DNA of 63,769 nucleotides, filler included, from Octopus bimaculoides (taxonomy: Eukaryota), in the NCBI RefSeq assembly GCF_001194135.2. It is 9 parts of 8 records of this genome, joined end to end, with 100 filler letters (N's around TTAATTAATTAA, not from the genome) between each part and the next. Parts side by side here need not be neighbours in the genome. Positions count along the whole stretch, not along the records: positions 1 to 5,153 come from NC_068991.1; positions 5,254 to 16,505 come from NC_069005.1; 7 more parts are not named here. One strand, given 5' to 3'. Positions 1-12,253 of this stretch are shown here, in pieces. The position numbers were made by a program, and so were the translations under genes. The notes under the pieces were generated by a model. The model searched no databases. It worked only from the letters and a program-made list of their open reading frames with translations, and had not been told where the DNA came from. How positions within the stretch are numbered: position 1 is the first letter of the stretch; every line of letters starts with the position of its first letter.

Positions 1-65
<65 letters not shown>

Positions 66-210
66 TACATATATAGACAAACATATATATACATATATAC
101 ATATATAGACAAACACATATATACATATATACATACAGACACATATATATATATATATATACATATATACATACATACATACACTCATACATATATACAT
201 ATGTGTGCGT
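1..210. repeat. (CA)n/(TA)n/(TACA)n compound microsatellite
   Basis: Seen directly. Representative of dozens of such tracts; most ORF-track entries with [16 protein letters not shown] runs derive from them. Confidence 0.95.
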
Positions 211-1191
211 ATGTGTCACAATATTTTCTTTGTTCCTTTAATCAGAACCAATTTTAAACATTTAATTTCCGTACAGTATTTTTGCTTTCGAACATATTGC
301 TGGGAAAAAAACAAAAAGGAAAACAAAAATTAAACATAAAAAAAAAATCGGCACAGAACAAAAATAAAACGAAAATAAAAACACAAAAACACCCCAAATA
401 AACAAACAAACAAACAAACCGAAACCCAACTCAATTGAGTGACCATGTCTGTGTGTCCGTGTTTGGATCTGTGAATTTTATGCGCATTTCTGAGTCTGTG
501 GGCGTGGCTATTTCCTTCTCGTTACTCTGTAGAATATTTGGTTTGGCTCTGATATTCCTAACTACTTCTTCAATCTACATTTGCCTTAAAACTAGACGAA
601 TGATAATAACATCTATGCATGGCTTCATTAGCAGCAGATATCCGTTGTCATTCATTTGATGGTAGCAGTCGTCACAAAAGAGATTTTTCGAACCGATTTG
701 GCAGTGTGTATTATAAAGTGAGTCGATGGTGATGGGTGCAGTAAGGATGTTGTTATTGCTAACAAAGAGAACAGCAACAGTTGGAAACTGCTAGTTGTAA
801 CATTAGTGCTGTTTTGTTAATGGTGGCTCTCATACAGTGGTAACGACAGTATCAGTGAAGAAGTTCGTTCTGATAATGTTTCTCGAGAAAATCGTCAGTT
901 TTGCGAAGAAACTATAAAAGTTTACCGTCTAATTTCTAAAACATGGGAAATCATGAATAATATATCAGGATTCAATAATTATTTACTCAAAATCTATCCT
1001 GCATATCGGAATAGGTAAGTTTTTCGCTAATTCTTTCTGTGTAGAGATGTTAAATTTATCTTTTGCTAATTTTACTTATTCTCATTTTCGCTTGCTGCTA
1101 CCGCTATCACAGTTTTTCACTTACCACACACACTCGCGCACACGCACGCACACACGCACGCACGCGCACACAGACACAGACACAGACACAG

Positions 1192-1240
<49 letters not shown>

Positions 1241-2271
1241 CTCTCTCTATTTCTACTTCTCTCTCTATTTCTCCTTCTCTCTCTCTCTGACCTGTTTGTT
1301 TATCTTCGACTATTTTTCAGTATTTCTTTCTCTCTCGTCGCTGTTTTTGTGTTACTATTTCAATATTTTTTTTCTACCGTCCAAGGACTATGCTTTATTT
1401 CAATTCTTTCATACTTGGGTTATTTCGTGGGGGGTAAATCTCACTCAAAAGCCTAGCTCCACGAAGACAGAGAGACCAATATGACTTTCTCGCATGTGCC
1501 ACGCTAGACAGAAAATTGGATCTATCAGAACGACTATAAATACATTAGTGACAGAAAACATTATTGTTTATTAATGAGGAAATTACTCGACTGTGTCCAT
1601 ATTGATAGCAATTTTTCGCTAACTCGTTAATTATATAGTATCAAACGAACCTTAATTTCCAATAATGGTCGTATGGGAAGAAAATAAATAAAGGAAATCG
1701 TTCTTTAACTTGGATCGAATCGGACGTTTAATGTTATTAATATTATAGACGTTCATTGTTATTTATATTAGATAACATTATCTATATTATATCAATGTCA
1801 ATATAGAGAAATAAAGTTTCTTCGTTGAGTATACATCCTCACAATTCTATCAATCCCACCCGAGAAGAATAACATACAAAAATGACCTCATCAGTTTAAA
1901 TGATGCAACTTACTGAGTCTGGTGCTGATTGAGGCGCATTCAACGGCTCTAGTTAGTTTCATTCGCAAAATGAGTCCCCTTTAAGTTTGCTCAGAATGCT
2001 TTCGATTTCGGTGTATCGATGCAACTCTGAAATTTGATTACGATCAACCAATTACTTTATCTCGTAAATTTAAGAATCTGATGTTATTTGGAATTAAAAT
2101 TGGGAAATTTGGGTAATTTTGGCCAATCAACAGACAGCAAGGCATTAACATCTTGTTACCATGACAACCGCACGTTGTGTTGTGTTGTGTTTCACTTCAC
2201 CCGCATGTTGTGTTGATTCTTCACAACACGAGATTTACTTGACCAGCGTGTTTTGTTTTCATAAAAAATTA

Positions 2272-2720
2272 TGGAGTGGCTGTGTGGTAAGTAGCTCGCT
2301 TACCAACCACATGGTTCCGGGTTCAGTCCCACTGCGTGGCATCTTGGGCAAGTGTCTACTACTATAGCCTCGGGCCGACCAAAGCCTTGTGAGTGGATTT
2401 GGTAGACGGAAACTGAAAGAAGCCCGTCGTATATATGTATATATATATGTGTTTGTGTGTCTGTGTTTGTCACCCCTATCATTGCTTGACAACCGATGCT
2501 GGTGTGTTTACGTCCCCCGTAACTTAGCGGTTCGGCAAAAGAAACCGATAGAATAAGTACTAGGCTTACAAAGAATAAGTCCCGGGGNNNNNNNNNNGAA
2601 ACCGATAGAATAAGTACTAGGCTTACAAAGAATAAGTCCCGGGGTCGATTTGTTCGACTAAAGGCGGTGCTCCAGCATGGCCGCAGTCAAATGACTTAAA
2701 CAAGTAAATGAGTAAAAGAG
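2272..2720 (+). mobile_element. tRNA-derived SINE (family A, my label), near full length
   Basis: A-box-like GTGGCTGTGTGGTAAG and B-box-like GGTTCAGTCCC. The body is nearly identical to copies at 19681, 29575 (rc) and 60581. It contains a 10-N gap with a duplicated 47-bp overlap. Confidence 0.85.
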
Positions 2721-3279
2721 TTATCAATTGCAATTTTATTATAGATATTTTTCGTCAATTGTTTTGATATTTTACATATTTTTCATATATAGCAAAAGTT
2801 GTTTGCGATTCTTATACGGTTTCTTGGCATTATGAAAGTGAATGGAATATGTGAACTTAGTACACAACCGCACACCTACACTTCAAGCACAATACTGACA
2901 AAGCATCAGTGAATCGACTCAGTATTGCCAAGCTTCAGGGATTCATTGATTCAGCTGGATTTATGATTTCACTTGGTTAATTCTATTCATAAACATTTTA
3001 ATTAGGAGTATTTCTTAAACCGATAGCTTCACATTTCAATAGTTTAACTGAAATTTATCCCACGTAACAGGAACTGAGAAGGATATCGTGGAACAGAGAA
3101 ACTGTGGGTGATACAGATAATTTGACATTATTTTTGAATTCTATATGCAAAAACATACAAGATACAGGTATTCTTTTCGTTGGGACAAACTCTTTGTTGA
3201 CCAGTGTTATTCTTACCGTAGTTTACAAATCCAAGCATGAAAACTTTACTCAACTTTGAAATTTTGGAGACAAAACCCC

Positions 3280-3322
<43 letters not shown>

Positions 3323-4078
3323 NNNNNNNNNNNNNNNNNNNNNNNNNNNNNNNNNNNNNNNNNNNNNNNNNNNNNNNNNNNNNNNNNNNNNNNNNNNNNN
3401 NNNNNNNNNNNNNNNNNNNNNNNNNNNNNNNNNNNNNNNNNNNNNNNNNNNNNNNNNNNNNNNNNNNNNNNNNNNNNNNNNNNNNNNNNNNNNNNNNNNN
3501 NNNNNNNNNNNNNNNNNNNNNNNNNNNNNNNNNNNNNNNNNNNNNNNNNNNNNNNNNNNNNNNNNNNNNNNNNNNNNNNNNNNNNNNNNNNNNNNNNNNN
3601 NNNNNNNNNNNNNNNNNNNNNNNNNNNNNNNNNNNNNNNNNNNNNNNNNNNNNNNNNNNNNNNNNNNNNNNNNNNNNNNNNNNNNNNNNNNNNNNNNNNN
3701 NNNNNNNNNNNNNNNNNNNNNNNNNNNNNNNNNNNNNNNNNNNNNNNNNNNNNNNNNNNNNNNNNNNNNNNNNNNNNNNNNNNNNNNNNNNNNNNNNNNN
3801 NNNNNNNNNNNNNNNNNNNNNNNNNNNNNNNNNNNNNNNNNNNNNNNNNNNNNNNNNNNNNNNNNNNNNNNNNNNNNNNNNNNNNNNNNNNNNNNNNNNN
3901 NNNNNNNNNNNNNNNNNNNNNNNNNNNNNNNNNNNNNNNNNNNNNNNNNNNNNNNNNNNNNNNNNNNNNNNNNNNNNNNNNNNNNNNNNNNNNNNNNNNN
4001 NNNNNNNNNNNNNNNNNNNNNNNNNNNNNNNNNNNNNNNNNNNNNNNNNNNNNNNNNNNNNNNNNNNNNNNNNNNNNA

Positions 4079-4310
4079 ATATTCAGACAAATACATAACA
4101 AAAATAGCAGGACTTACAAATATATATAACATACAGAAAATTGCACTACTGGGTACTGCACACATTCTACGCAAAACACTTTCAATACAGTAAACATAAG
4201 AGCACCACAACAAACCACAGCACATACCCAAGGCGCACAGAGCTGCGCTCGGTAGTGAAGTGAAAGCACGTTATAAAAATAAAACTACTGAATAATAATA
4301 ATAATAATAA
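4079..4310 (+). mobile_element. 3' end of RLE-type (R4/Dong/NeSL-like) non-LTR retrotransposon
   Basis: KYITKIAGLTNIYNIQKIALLGTAHILRKTLSIQ* is the typical C-terminus of restriction-like-endonuclease LINEs; it is followed by a 3'UTR and an (AAT)n tail. Confidence 0.8.
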
Positions 4311-4329
4311 TAAGCGAAAATACAGAATT

Positions 4330-5153
4330 TACCACTTTTATGAAAGGAGATAAATTCTACGACATATGTTGAAAGGAATTATGTAAGAGCTTCCCGTTAA
4401 ACAACATTCTTTGTTTTCTGGTTTGAAGCATAGACAAATGAGTCTTGCAAATTACATACCCTGGAGCAACCAACATAAAGTTGACCATGAGAAAAGTAAG
4501 CCAGTAGATTTCAAAGACTGACTTTGAGCTTTATTAATAGACATTGCAATGCAAAGTTCCACTGGGAATTGTGTTTGTTTGAATTGAAATGGCATGTCTG
4601 TTGGTTTGATTGGAATTCTTGGAATAAAAACCTCTTCCCCAGAGGCACATCCAGTGATGATGGTAGCTTCTGTCACATTAGGTGATAATGTCTTCAGAAT
4701 CAACCTTGTCCCATTGCATTATTTAGGAGGATATAAATTTCTTAGAAGCATTATTGGGATCCTACCTTCTCGTTCCCTTCGTTACTTGTTGTTTAGTTCC
4801 GAGTTAGATCTGATTGAAGAAATATGATCAAAGACGTTCCAACTGTGACCATTCCGCCTTTCTTCCCTGACATAATGGACTCTACGTGTATATCACAGGA
4901 TAGAAGTTTTTCTATTCTGTATATAAAAAAAAGTTTGGCTACTTTTTCTAGCAGGTCATGCAACCACATACAGGCTCCGTCGTTGGTCTGTCTCGGTAAT
5001 AATTTTGTTGTTATTTAGCCTCAAATCAACCCTGATACAGCAAACCTATGTTCCTATAAAACATCTCTGGTTATTAAAGAAGGGTTTTGTTAGGGAAGTG
5101 GACCCGGAAGTTGTTCGCAAACAGCAGCAGTAATTTTCTTCAGCTGAATACAC
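4330..5153 (-). mobile_element. Helitron remnant (PIF1-like helicase C-terminus, frameshifted)
   Basis: ...NGTRLILKTLSPNVTEATIITGCASGEEVFIPRIPIKPTDMPFQFKQTQFPVELCIAMSINKAQSQSLK...HGQLYVGCSRV matches the Helitron Rep-Hel motifs NGTRL, FPVxxxFAMTINKAQGQSL and HGQLYVAxSRV. Confidence 0.85.
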
Positions 5154-5253
5154 NNNNNNNNNNNNNNNNNNNNNNNNNNNNNNNNNNNNNNNNNNNNTTA
5201 ATTAATTAANNNNNNNNNNNNNNNNNNNNNNNNNNNNNNNNNNNNNNNNNNNN
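5154..5253. other. Artificial assembly spacer 44N-TTAATTAATTAA-44N
   Basis: Exact 100-bp pattern repeated eight times in the window. Confidence 0.95.
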
Positions 5254-5400
5254 TATATCTTTCTCTGTTTTTCCTCTGTTTACACGAACGTTTTCTTCTT
5301 TTCGGACAAAACCCTTTGTAACCTTCGTCCTGTCTTTGTCCTTACATGTTTTTAATTTATATCAGCCCTTGTGGCCAATAAAACAGAATTATTATTATTA
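5254..5400 (+). mobile_element. LINE 3' tail fragment (similar to the 36040-36110 tail)
   Basis: Shares CTTTGTCCTT...CAGCCCTTGTGGC(C)AATAAA plus a microsatellite tail with the end of the L1/Tx1-like copy at 35070-36110. Confidence 0.45.
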
Positions 5401-5410
5401 TTATTATTAT

Positions 5411-5451
<41 letters not shown>

Positions 5452-5927
5452 TGTATGTATGTATGTATGTATGTATTTACGAATTGATTGGATTTCGGTT
5501 TGACTTGGGGGATATTCTCTCAGACCCCACAGACACATAAAACGGTGACAGTCATCAAAAAAGTCGCCATTTTATTTAGTTTTTAGGAAAGATATTTAAA
5601 TGTCCTTTGTTTTTTTTAGTAGGAAATAAACCGATTCTGCAAAGCATTTTCAAGAAATAGCGCCGGATTATTTCAGTGTTGGGACACAGAGGTATTAAGA
5701 TAATGTCAGGTTGAACGGAAACGACCATCATTAGACGGATTAAGCTTGATTACTATCGAGATATTCAGAAATCTACTTTAAATTAAGAAAAAATCCCAAA
5801 AGAACGAGAGGGAATTTTACAGTTCTGATTTTTAGAAAACACACAGAAACACAGAGATGAAGAGATAGACTGACTGACTGATTTATTAATAGATAGATAG
5901 ATAGATGGCGGTGAGCAAGGATATGGT

Positions 5928-6006
5928 CCGGAGGGGCCGAGAACGCCGGAGGGGCCGAGAGCGCCGGAGGGGTCGAGAACGCCGGAGGGGCCGAGAACGC
6001 CGGAGG
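5928..6006. repeat. GC-rich 18-bp minisatellite (CCGGAGGGGCCGAGAACG), about 4.4 copies
   Basis: Units start at 5928, 5946, 5964 and 5982, with a partial unit at 6000; only two substitutions. Confidence 0.95.
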
Positions 6007-6787
6007 TCTCCAGTGCCACAGACTCGATCATAAACCCATCAGAGAGTGAAAAATAAATTCCCATATGACAAATTTTACCGAAATCAAAATTCCAGACGTT
6101 CAACGATGATGTTTTTAAAATNNNNNNNNNNNNNNNNNNNNNNNNNNNNNNNNNNNNNNNNNNNNNNNNNNNNNNNNNNNNNNNNNNNNNNNNNNNNNNN
6201 NNNNNNNNNNNNNNNNNNNNNNNNNNNNNNNNNNNNNNNNNNNNNNNNNNNNNNNNNNNNNNNNNNNNNNNNNNNNNNNNNNNNNNNNNNNNNNNNNNNN
6301 NNNNNNNNNNNNNNNNNNNNNNNNNNNNNNNNNNNNNNNNNNNNNNNNNNNNNNNNNNNNNNNNNNNNNNNNNNNNNNNNNNNNNNNNNNNNNNNNNNNN
6401 NNNNNNNNNNNNNNNNNNNNNNNNNNNNNNNNNNNNNNNNNNNNNNNNNNNNNNNNNNNNNNNNNNNNNNNNNNNNNNNNNNNNNNNNNNNNNNNNNNNN
6501 NNNNNNNNNNNNNNNNNNNNNNNNNNNNNNNNNNNNNNNNNNNNNNNNNNNNNNNNNNNNNNNNNNNNNNNNNNNNNNNNNNNNNNNNNNNNNNNNNNNN
6601 NNNNNNNNNNNNNNNNNNNNNNNNNNNNNNNNNNNNNNNNNNNNNNNNNNNNNNNNNNNNNNNNNNNNNNNNNNNNNNNNNNNNNNNNNNNNNNNNNNNN
6701 NNNNNNNNNNNNNNNNNNNNNNNNNNNNNNNNNNNNNNNNNNNNNNNNNNNNNNNNNNNNNNNNNNNNNNNNNNNNNNNNNNNNNNN

Positions 6788-6840
<53 letters not shown>

Positions 6841-7296
6841 TCCCTTTGTCTGGTATTTCACTTATCGAAACCAAATGCGCCGAATGACAAAACCAACCAA
6901 GATGGAGTTTTAATCTAAAGCAGATTTTGTTCAGTTACCGTAAAATTTTTAGTAATGCGACATTTCTTATTATCTGATAAAGGACTTGCATAAAAAGGAT
7001 TAAAATAGTTATTGATAAGCAATTGACGATGATTTCAAATCCTTGCTTATATCCGGCATTTCGTGCGGTGTCGGTTCGAGAATGATATACGATAAGGAGT
7101 TGATAATTTCGAATCGATAGTTATAGATAATTATGAGTATTAAGATACACTATCTATCGAATCTCTAAAAATATGCTAAAAGTCATTGCTTAAAATAAAA
7201 TTATTTCATTGGACTGACTTATGAGATTTATTCCAGAAGTTTTGAGACTTTTTTGGGAGCGGCAGTCAGAACTCTCCTAGATTGTTATAGTATAAC

Positions 7297-7558
7297 ATTG
7301 TTGGCACTCCGTCGCTTACGACGTCAAGGGTTCCAGTTGATCCGATCCGATCAACGGAACAGCCTGCTCGTGAAATTAACGTGCAAGTGGCTGAGCACTC
7401 CACAGACACGTGTACCCTTAATGTAGTTCTCGGGGAGATTCAGCGTGACACAGTGTGACAAGGCTGACCCTTTGAATTACAGGCACAACAGAAACAGGAA
7501 GAAAGAGTGAGAGAAAGTTGTGATGCAAGAGTACAGCAGGGTTCGCCACCATCCCCTT
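7297..7558 (-). mobile_element. SINE family C (my label), 3' part
   Basis: Reverse complement of the copy at 10430-10700 (GTACACGTGTCTGTGGAGTGCTCAGCCACTTGCACGTTAAT... core). Confidence 0.8.
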
Positions 7559-8106
7559 ACCAAGTGAGTTAATAGCACTGCTAACACAGTAGGACACAGT
7601 ATTGACTTATAAATCTTTTAATATACTTTGTAGTACATTACGGTTGTATNNNNNNNNNNNNNNNNNNNNNNNNNNNNNNNNNNNNNNNNNNNNNNNNNNN
7701 NNNNNNNNNNNNNNNNNNNNNNNNNNNNNNNNNNNNNNNNNNNNNNNNNNNNNNNNNNNNNNNNNNNNNNNNNNNNNNNNNNNNNNNNNNNNNNNNNNNN
7801 NNNNNNNNNNNNNNNNNNNNNNNNNNNNNNNNNNNNNNNNNNNNNNNNNNNNNNNNNNNNNNNNNNNNNNNNNNNNNNNNNNNNNNNNNNNNNNNNNNNN
7901 NNNNNNNNNNNNNNNNNNNNNNNNNNNNNNNNNNNNNNNNNNNNNNNNNNNNNNNNNNNNNNNNNNNNNNNNNNNNNNNNNNNNNNNNNNNNNNNNNNNN
8001 NNNNNNNNNNNNNNNNNNNNNNNNNNNNNNNNNNNNNNNNNNNNNNNNNNNNNNNNNNNNNNNNNNNNNNNNNNNNNNNNNNNNNNNNNNNNNNNNNNNN
8101 NNNNNN

Positions 8107-8168
<62 letters not shown>

Positions 8169-8211
8169 GAGACAGAGAGTGAGTGCGTGTATGTATGAAT
8201 GTATGTATACA

Positions 8212-8249
<38 letters not shown>

Positions 8250-8362
8250 CATACATACACATATACACACACATACACACATTCATACATACACATACAT
8301 ACAAACATACTCACACATACATTCATACACACACACACACACAAATACGTACATACACACAA

Positions 8363-8393
<31 letters not shown>

Positions 8394-8778
8394 CATACAT
8401 TATGCTGGAAGTAGGATTTACAAATTTCGTTGATAACGATAAACTTCAGACACTCGAGACACAGAAACACATTTTTTTCCATAATTAGTTAATTATGTAA
8501 TGAGTGTCTCTGTCAATAGAATAGAATATACTTCCATTTCTTATCTAATGGGATAGTTTTTTCCCACCAGACGACTACGACGACGACAATAATAAGAACA
8601 ACACCAATTGTTGATGTTATTGCTGTTCTGACAGTTCCGTGAATCTATCGCCCTATCCTAGATTGGTACTTTCCTAAAAAAAAAAAACCCCAAAAAAACC
8701 GAAAGGATAAACGACAATGTTGGAATTTGGTGTGATTTGAACTCAGAGAACGGTGTTGGAGAAAAAACGCCTGTCAAA

Positions 8779-9390
8779 TATTCTGTCTATCTGAGTTCAA
8801 ATTCCGCCGAGGTCGACTTTGCCTTTCATCTTTTCGGGGTTGATAAATTAAGTACCAGTTACGTACTGGGGTCGATGTAATCAACTTAATCCCTTTGTCT
8901 GTCCTTGTTTGTCCCCTCCATATTTAGCCCCTTGTGGGCAATAACGAAATAAGAAACGTTAGCATACCGGGCGAAATGCTTAGTATTTCGTCTGCCGTTA
9001 CATTCCTCAGTTCAAATTCTGCCGAGGTCGACTTTGCCTTTCATCCTTTCGGAGGTCGATAAAGTAAGTACCAGTTGCGTACTGGGGTCGATCTAATCGA
9101 CTGGCCCCCTTCCCAAAAATTTCGGGCCTTGTGCCTATTGTAGAAAAGAATATACCCTCACACCGAAGGCGGTGAGCTGGCAGAAACGTTAGCACGCCGG
9201 GCGAAATGCTTAGCGGTATTTCGTCAGTCTTTACATTCTGAGTTCAAATTCCGCCGAGGTCGACTTTGCCTTTCATCCTTTCGGGGGTCGATAAATTAAG
9301 TACCAGTTGCACACTGGAGTCGATCTAATCAACTGGCCCCCTCCCCCCCCAAAAAAAATTTCAAGCCTTGTGCCTAGAGTAGAAAAGAAT
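8779..9390 (+). mobile_element. Three head-to-tail copies of tRNA-derived SINE family B (my label)
   Basis: CTGAGTTCAAATTCCGCCGAGGTCGACTTTGCCTTTCATC...GATAAA..AAGTACCAGTT..ACTGGGGTCGAT occurs three times; the full head GGCGGTGAGCTGGCAGAAACGTTAGC is present in copy 3. Confidence 0.9.
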
Positions 9391-9949
9391 AAGTCCTCAC
9401 ACCACATCCAGCTATTTTTAAGCAGTGGTGGTGGTGGTGGGGAGAATAACACGGAAATATGGCCGCCGTGGATGCAGCATATATAATAACCAAGACAGTC
9501 GCTGGTTGGCATGCTTTTAATCGGTATTGGCCAGTCAATGCAGACCCGGAACTAAACAGCAGCAACAGCACTTACAATTAATTTTATCATTTGATTCATA
9601 GTTTTCCCCTATGATATCTTCCGGTTAATACTCCGAACACCAGACGAAGAAGAGGAACACGACATATGCAGCCGGATGTCCTTGGTCTCAATAGGACAAT
9701 TTATGTTGAAGCGAACAAACGATATTGTTAGACAGGAAGCATTATTATTTTGAATATATTTTCTAACAACATGGAAAATCCAGTTTCCTATACACACCTA
9801 CATATACGACGCAGAAACACACGCACACGAGTATGCATACTCATACACATACATGCGCGCACGCACATACACACATATATATATATGCCTGATATACACG
9901 TATCGTATTTTGCATCGAAATTGTCCATGCACTTTTGCTTACCGACGTT

Positions 9950-10315
9950 AAATGCGTGTTTGTGTATGTATGCATGCATGCATGTGTGTTAGTATGTGTA
10001 TATGTACGTATGCATGTATGTATGAATGTACGTATGTGCGTATGTATGCATATATGCATGCATGTATGCACGTATGTATATATGTATGTATGTATGTTTG
10101 TATGTATTTATTATGTATGTGTGTATGCATATATGCATGCATGTATGCATGCGTGCATGTATGTATATGTGTATCTATGCTTGCGTGCATGTATGTATTA
10201 TGTATGTATGGATGCATGCATGTATGTATGTATGTATGTACGTACGTATGCATGTATGTATGCATGTATATACGCATTATATATGTGTATATGCATATAT
10301 GCATGCATGTATGTT
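9950..10315. repeat. Degenerate (ATGT)/(ATGC)n tetranucleotide array
   Basis: Seen directly; source of the MYVCMHA-type spurious ORFs. Confidence 0.9.
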
Positions 10316-10429
10316 ATATCCAACGTAATATCCAACGTACACCACCATGGGATACCATCTTGAAGGGTTTAGCCAAACAAATCGACCCCTACCCCGGGAC
10401 TTATTTCTTAAGCCTGGCACGTACTCTAT

Positions 10430-10700
10430 CGCTCCATGAGGCTCCGGCAGGGGATGGTGGCAGAACACTGCTGTACTCTTTCACCACAACTTTCTCTCGG
10501 TCTTTCTTCCTGTTTCTCTTGGACCTGTAATTCAAAGGGGCCAGCCTTGTCACTCTGTGTCCCACTGAAACTCCCCGAGAACTACGTTAAGGGTACACGT
10601 GTCTGTGGAGTGCTCAGCCACTTGCACGTTAATTCAAGAACAGGCAGTTCCGTTGATCGGATCAGCTGGAACCATCGCCGTCGTAACCGACGAAGTGCCG
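10430..10700 (+). mobile_element. SINE family C copy
   Basis: Matches 7297-7558 (rc) and 17190-17342 (rc). Confidence 0.8.
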
Positions 10701-11209
10701 CGATTCATACCTGTGACTATACGAAATAGCAGTCAAATCTCCCTCAAATTCTACCCTGCTGTCTTAAAATAAAACCACAAAAGAGAACGTGGTTTTATAT
10801 AGAGTATTTAAAAACAAGACTTTGTAAGGTTGAAGCATCTTTGATCATTGGGTTACTCAATCTGCGCTGGCCTGGGGCTAAACAGTATAAGCCTGTGATT
10901 CTATTAAATGACAATTTGATCACTTCCACGTTTCGTATTTCATCTTTTTCCTTCGGTTACTTATTTTAGCATTAAGTCGCTGACACGTCGTCATCACTGA
11001 TAGAATGATGGTTGCTTAAAAAGGTCATTACGAAAAATAAATAAATAAATAAATAAATAAATAAATACAGGTCGGCGAAATGGTAGAATCACTGAAGCGC
11101 CGTATAAATTGCTTTGGAGTCATTTGTTCTGGATCTCTGTGCTGTGGGTTCAATTCTCACCGAGGACAACTTCACATTTTCGTCTTTCGATAGCTAGAAA
11201 AGAACTCCA

Positions 11210-11580
11210 GTTCAAGAGTGGTGGATTATCAGAATTGTTAAAGAAGTCATGAGCAAACTGCTCCCCTCGACCCCCATGCTGCTCTCGAGCCCACTTCTCG
11301 AAAACAGGTTGTCCATGCTAAAGAGTCGGATTAGACGTCTTATAGTGTCCATTCCGGTTCTTTGCATTCTGACAACGGCAGCGCTTGAGAATGCCAGGTT
11401 GTATTGGCCCTTGCCTCTTCCTGGGACAGTATCAGTGACCAAGAGAGAGGGAAACACTTGCTAGGGGACCAAATGTTGATCTTTCGTGGAAAAAAGACCT
11501 TGTCCAAATGATGGCCTTGAACAAGAATTTTCCACATGCAATTTGACGGACTCATAAGATATGCGAAAGACCGCGAAAAT
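11210..11580 (+). mobile_element. Degraded RTE-clade LINE ORF2 C-terminal remnant
   Basis: With frameshifts it reads like W.DxIxNEEV...LSMLKSR..R.FxHIL...LEN...GTV.GKR.RG...LIRYAKDRE.W, the pattern of RTE 3' ends. Confidence 0.45.
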
Positions 11581-11844
11581 AGATAAAAGATAAATAAAAT
11601 CAGAAGTCCAGAAAGAAAAATTAATTCAGTTTTAAACTAATGTGGAGGCCTCAAGGCACTGGGGTTTACCTTGCTGAATATAACAGCTCAAATCTCCCTC
11701 AAATTACACACACAAGCACGCACACACGCTCGTACACACAGACACACAGACACACACACACATACACACACACAAACACACGCACGCACACACATACACA
11801 TATACACACACACAGAGATGCATACATGCATACATAAGCACATT

Positions 11845-12178
11845 CAAATTCCGATCTAATAATGTTATGTGTGGGGCATAATATTATATGTGGAGTACAG
11901 ATGAGCGAGAGACCGACAAAAGATGAACTGAAGTCAAGGATTATGGCAGCATTCAACAATTTAAACAAGGGAACCGTCCAGAAGAGCTGCAGGAGATTCC
12001 GAAGTCGTCTGGAGGCCGTGGTTGAAGCCAATGGCGATTTTATTAAATAAATTCACTCTTTAGTATTTCAAGATATTTTAATGTTATTTTGGTAAGTATA
12101 TCTGTTAAAATGAGATGTCAGTGTTATTTCCATTTTTGCGTAATTTAGACGACAGTTTATTCACCACACCCTGTGTAT
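11845..12178 (+). mobile_element. Tc1-like DNA transposon 3' remnant
   Basis: ...YYMW..DER.TKDELKSRIMAAFNNLNKGTVQKSCRRFRSRLEAVVEANGDFIK* is a Tc1 transposase C-terminus; it ends in a TIR-like CACCACACCCTG followed by TG/TA repeats. Confidence 0.8.
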
Positions 12179-12192
12179 ATGTACATATACAT

Positions 12193-12253
<61 letters not shown>

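Noticed and set aside
431-574. Minus-strand frame IEEVVRNIRAKPN...TQTWSLN* as a terminal calpain exon
   Set aside because: Weak acceptor, no similarity to calpain C2 or PEF domains, and on a different assembly piece.
1880-1905. CTGATGAG on the minus strand as a hammerhead core
   Set aside because: No stem II or GAAA follows.
2541-2644. 47-bp direct repeat around a 10-N gap
   Set aside because: Unmerged contig overlap within a SINE, i.e. an assembly artefact.
8779-9390. Regularly spaced repeats as a CRISPR-like array
   Set aside because: They are roughly 200-bp SINE copies in a eukaryote, with no short repeat-spacer structure and no cas genes.
11212-11464. Overlapping ORFs on both strands as a host exon (calpain domain III)
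   Set aside because: The plus strand fits a frameshifted RTE ORF2 C-terminus better, and there is no good donor.
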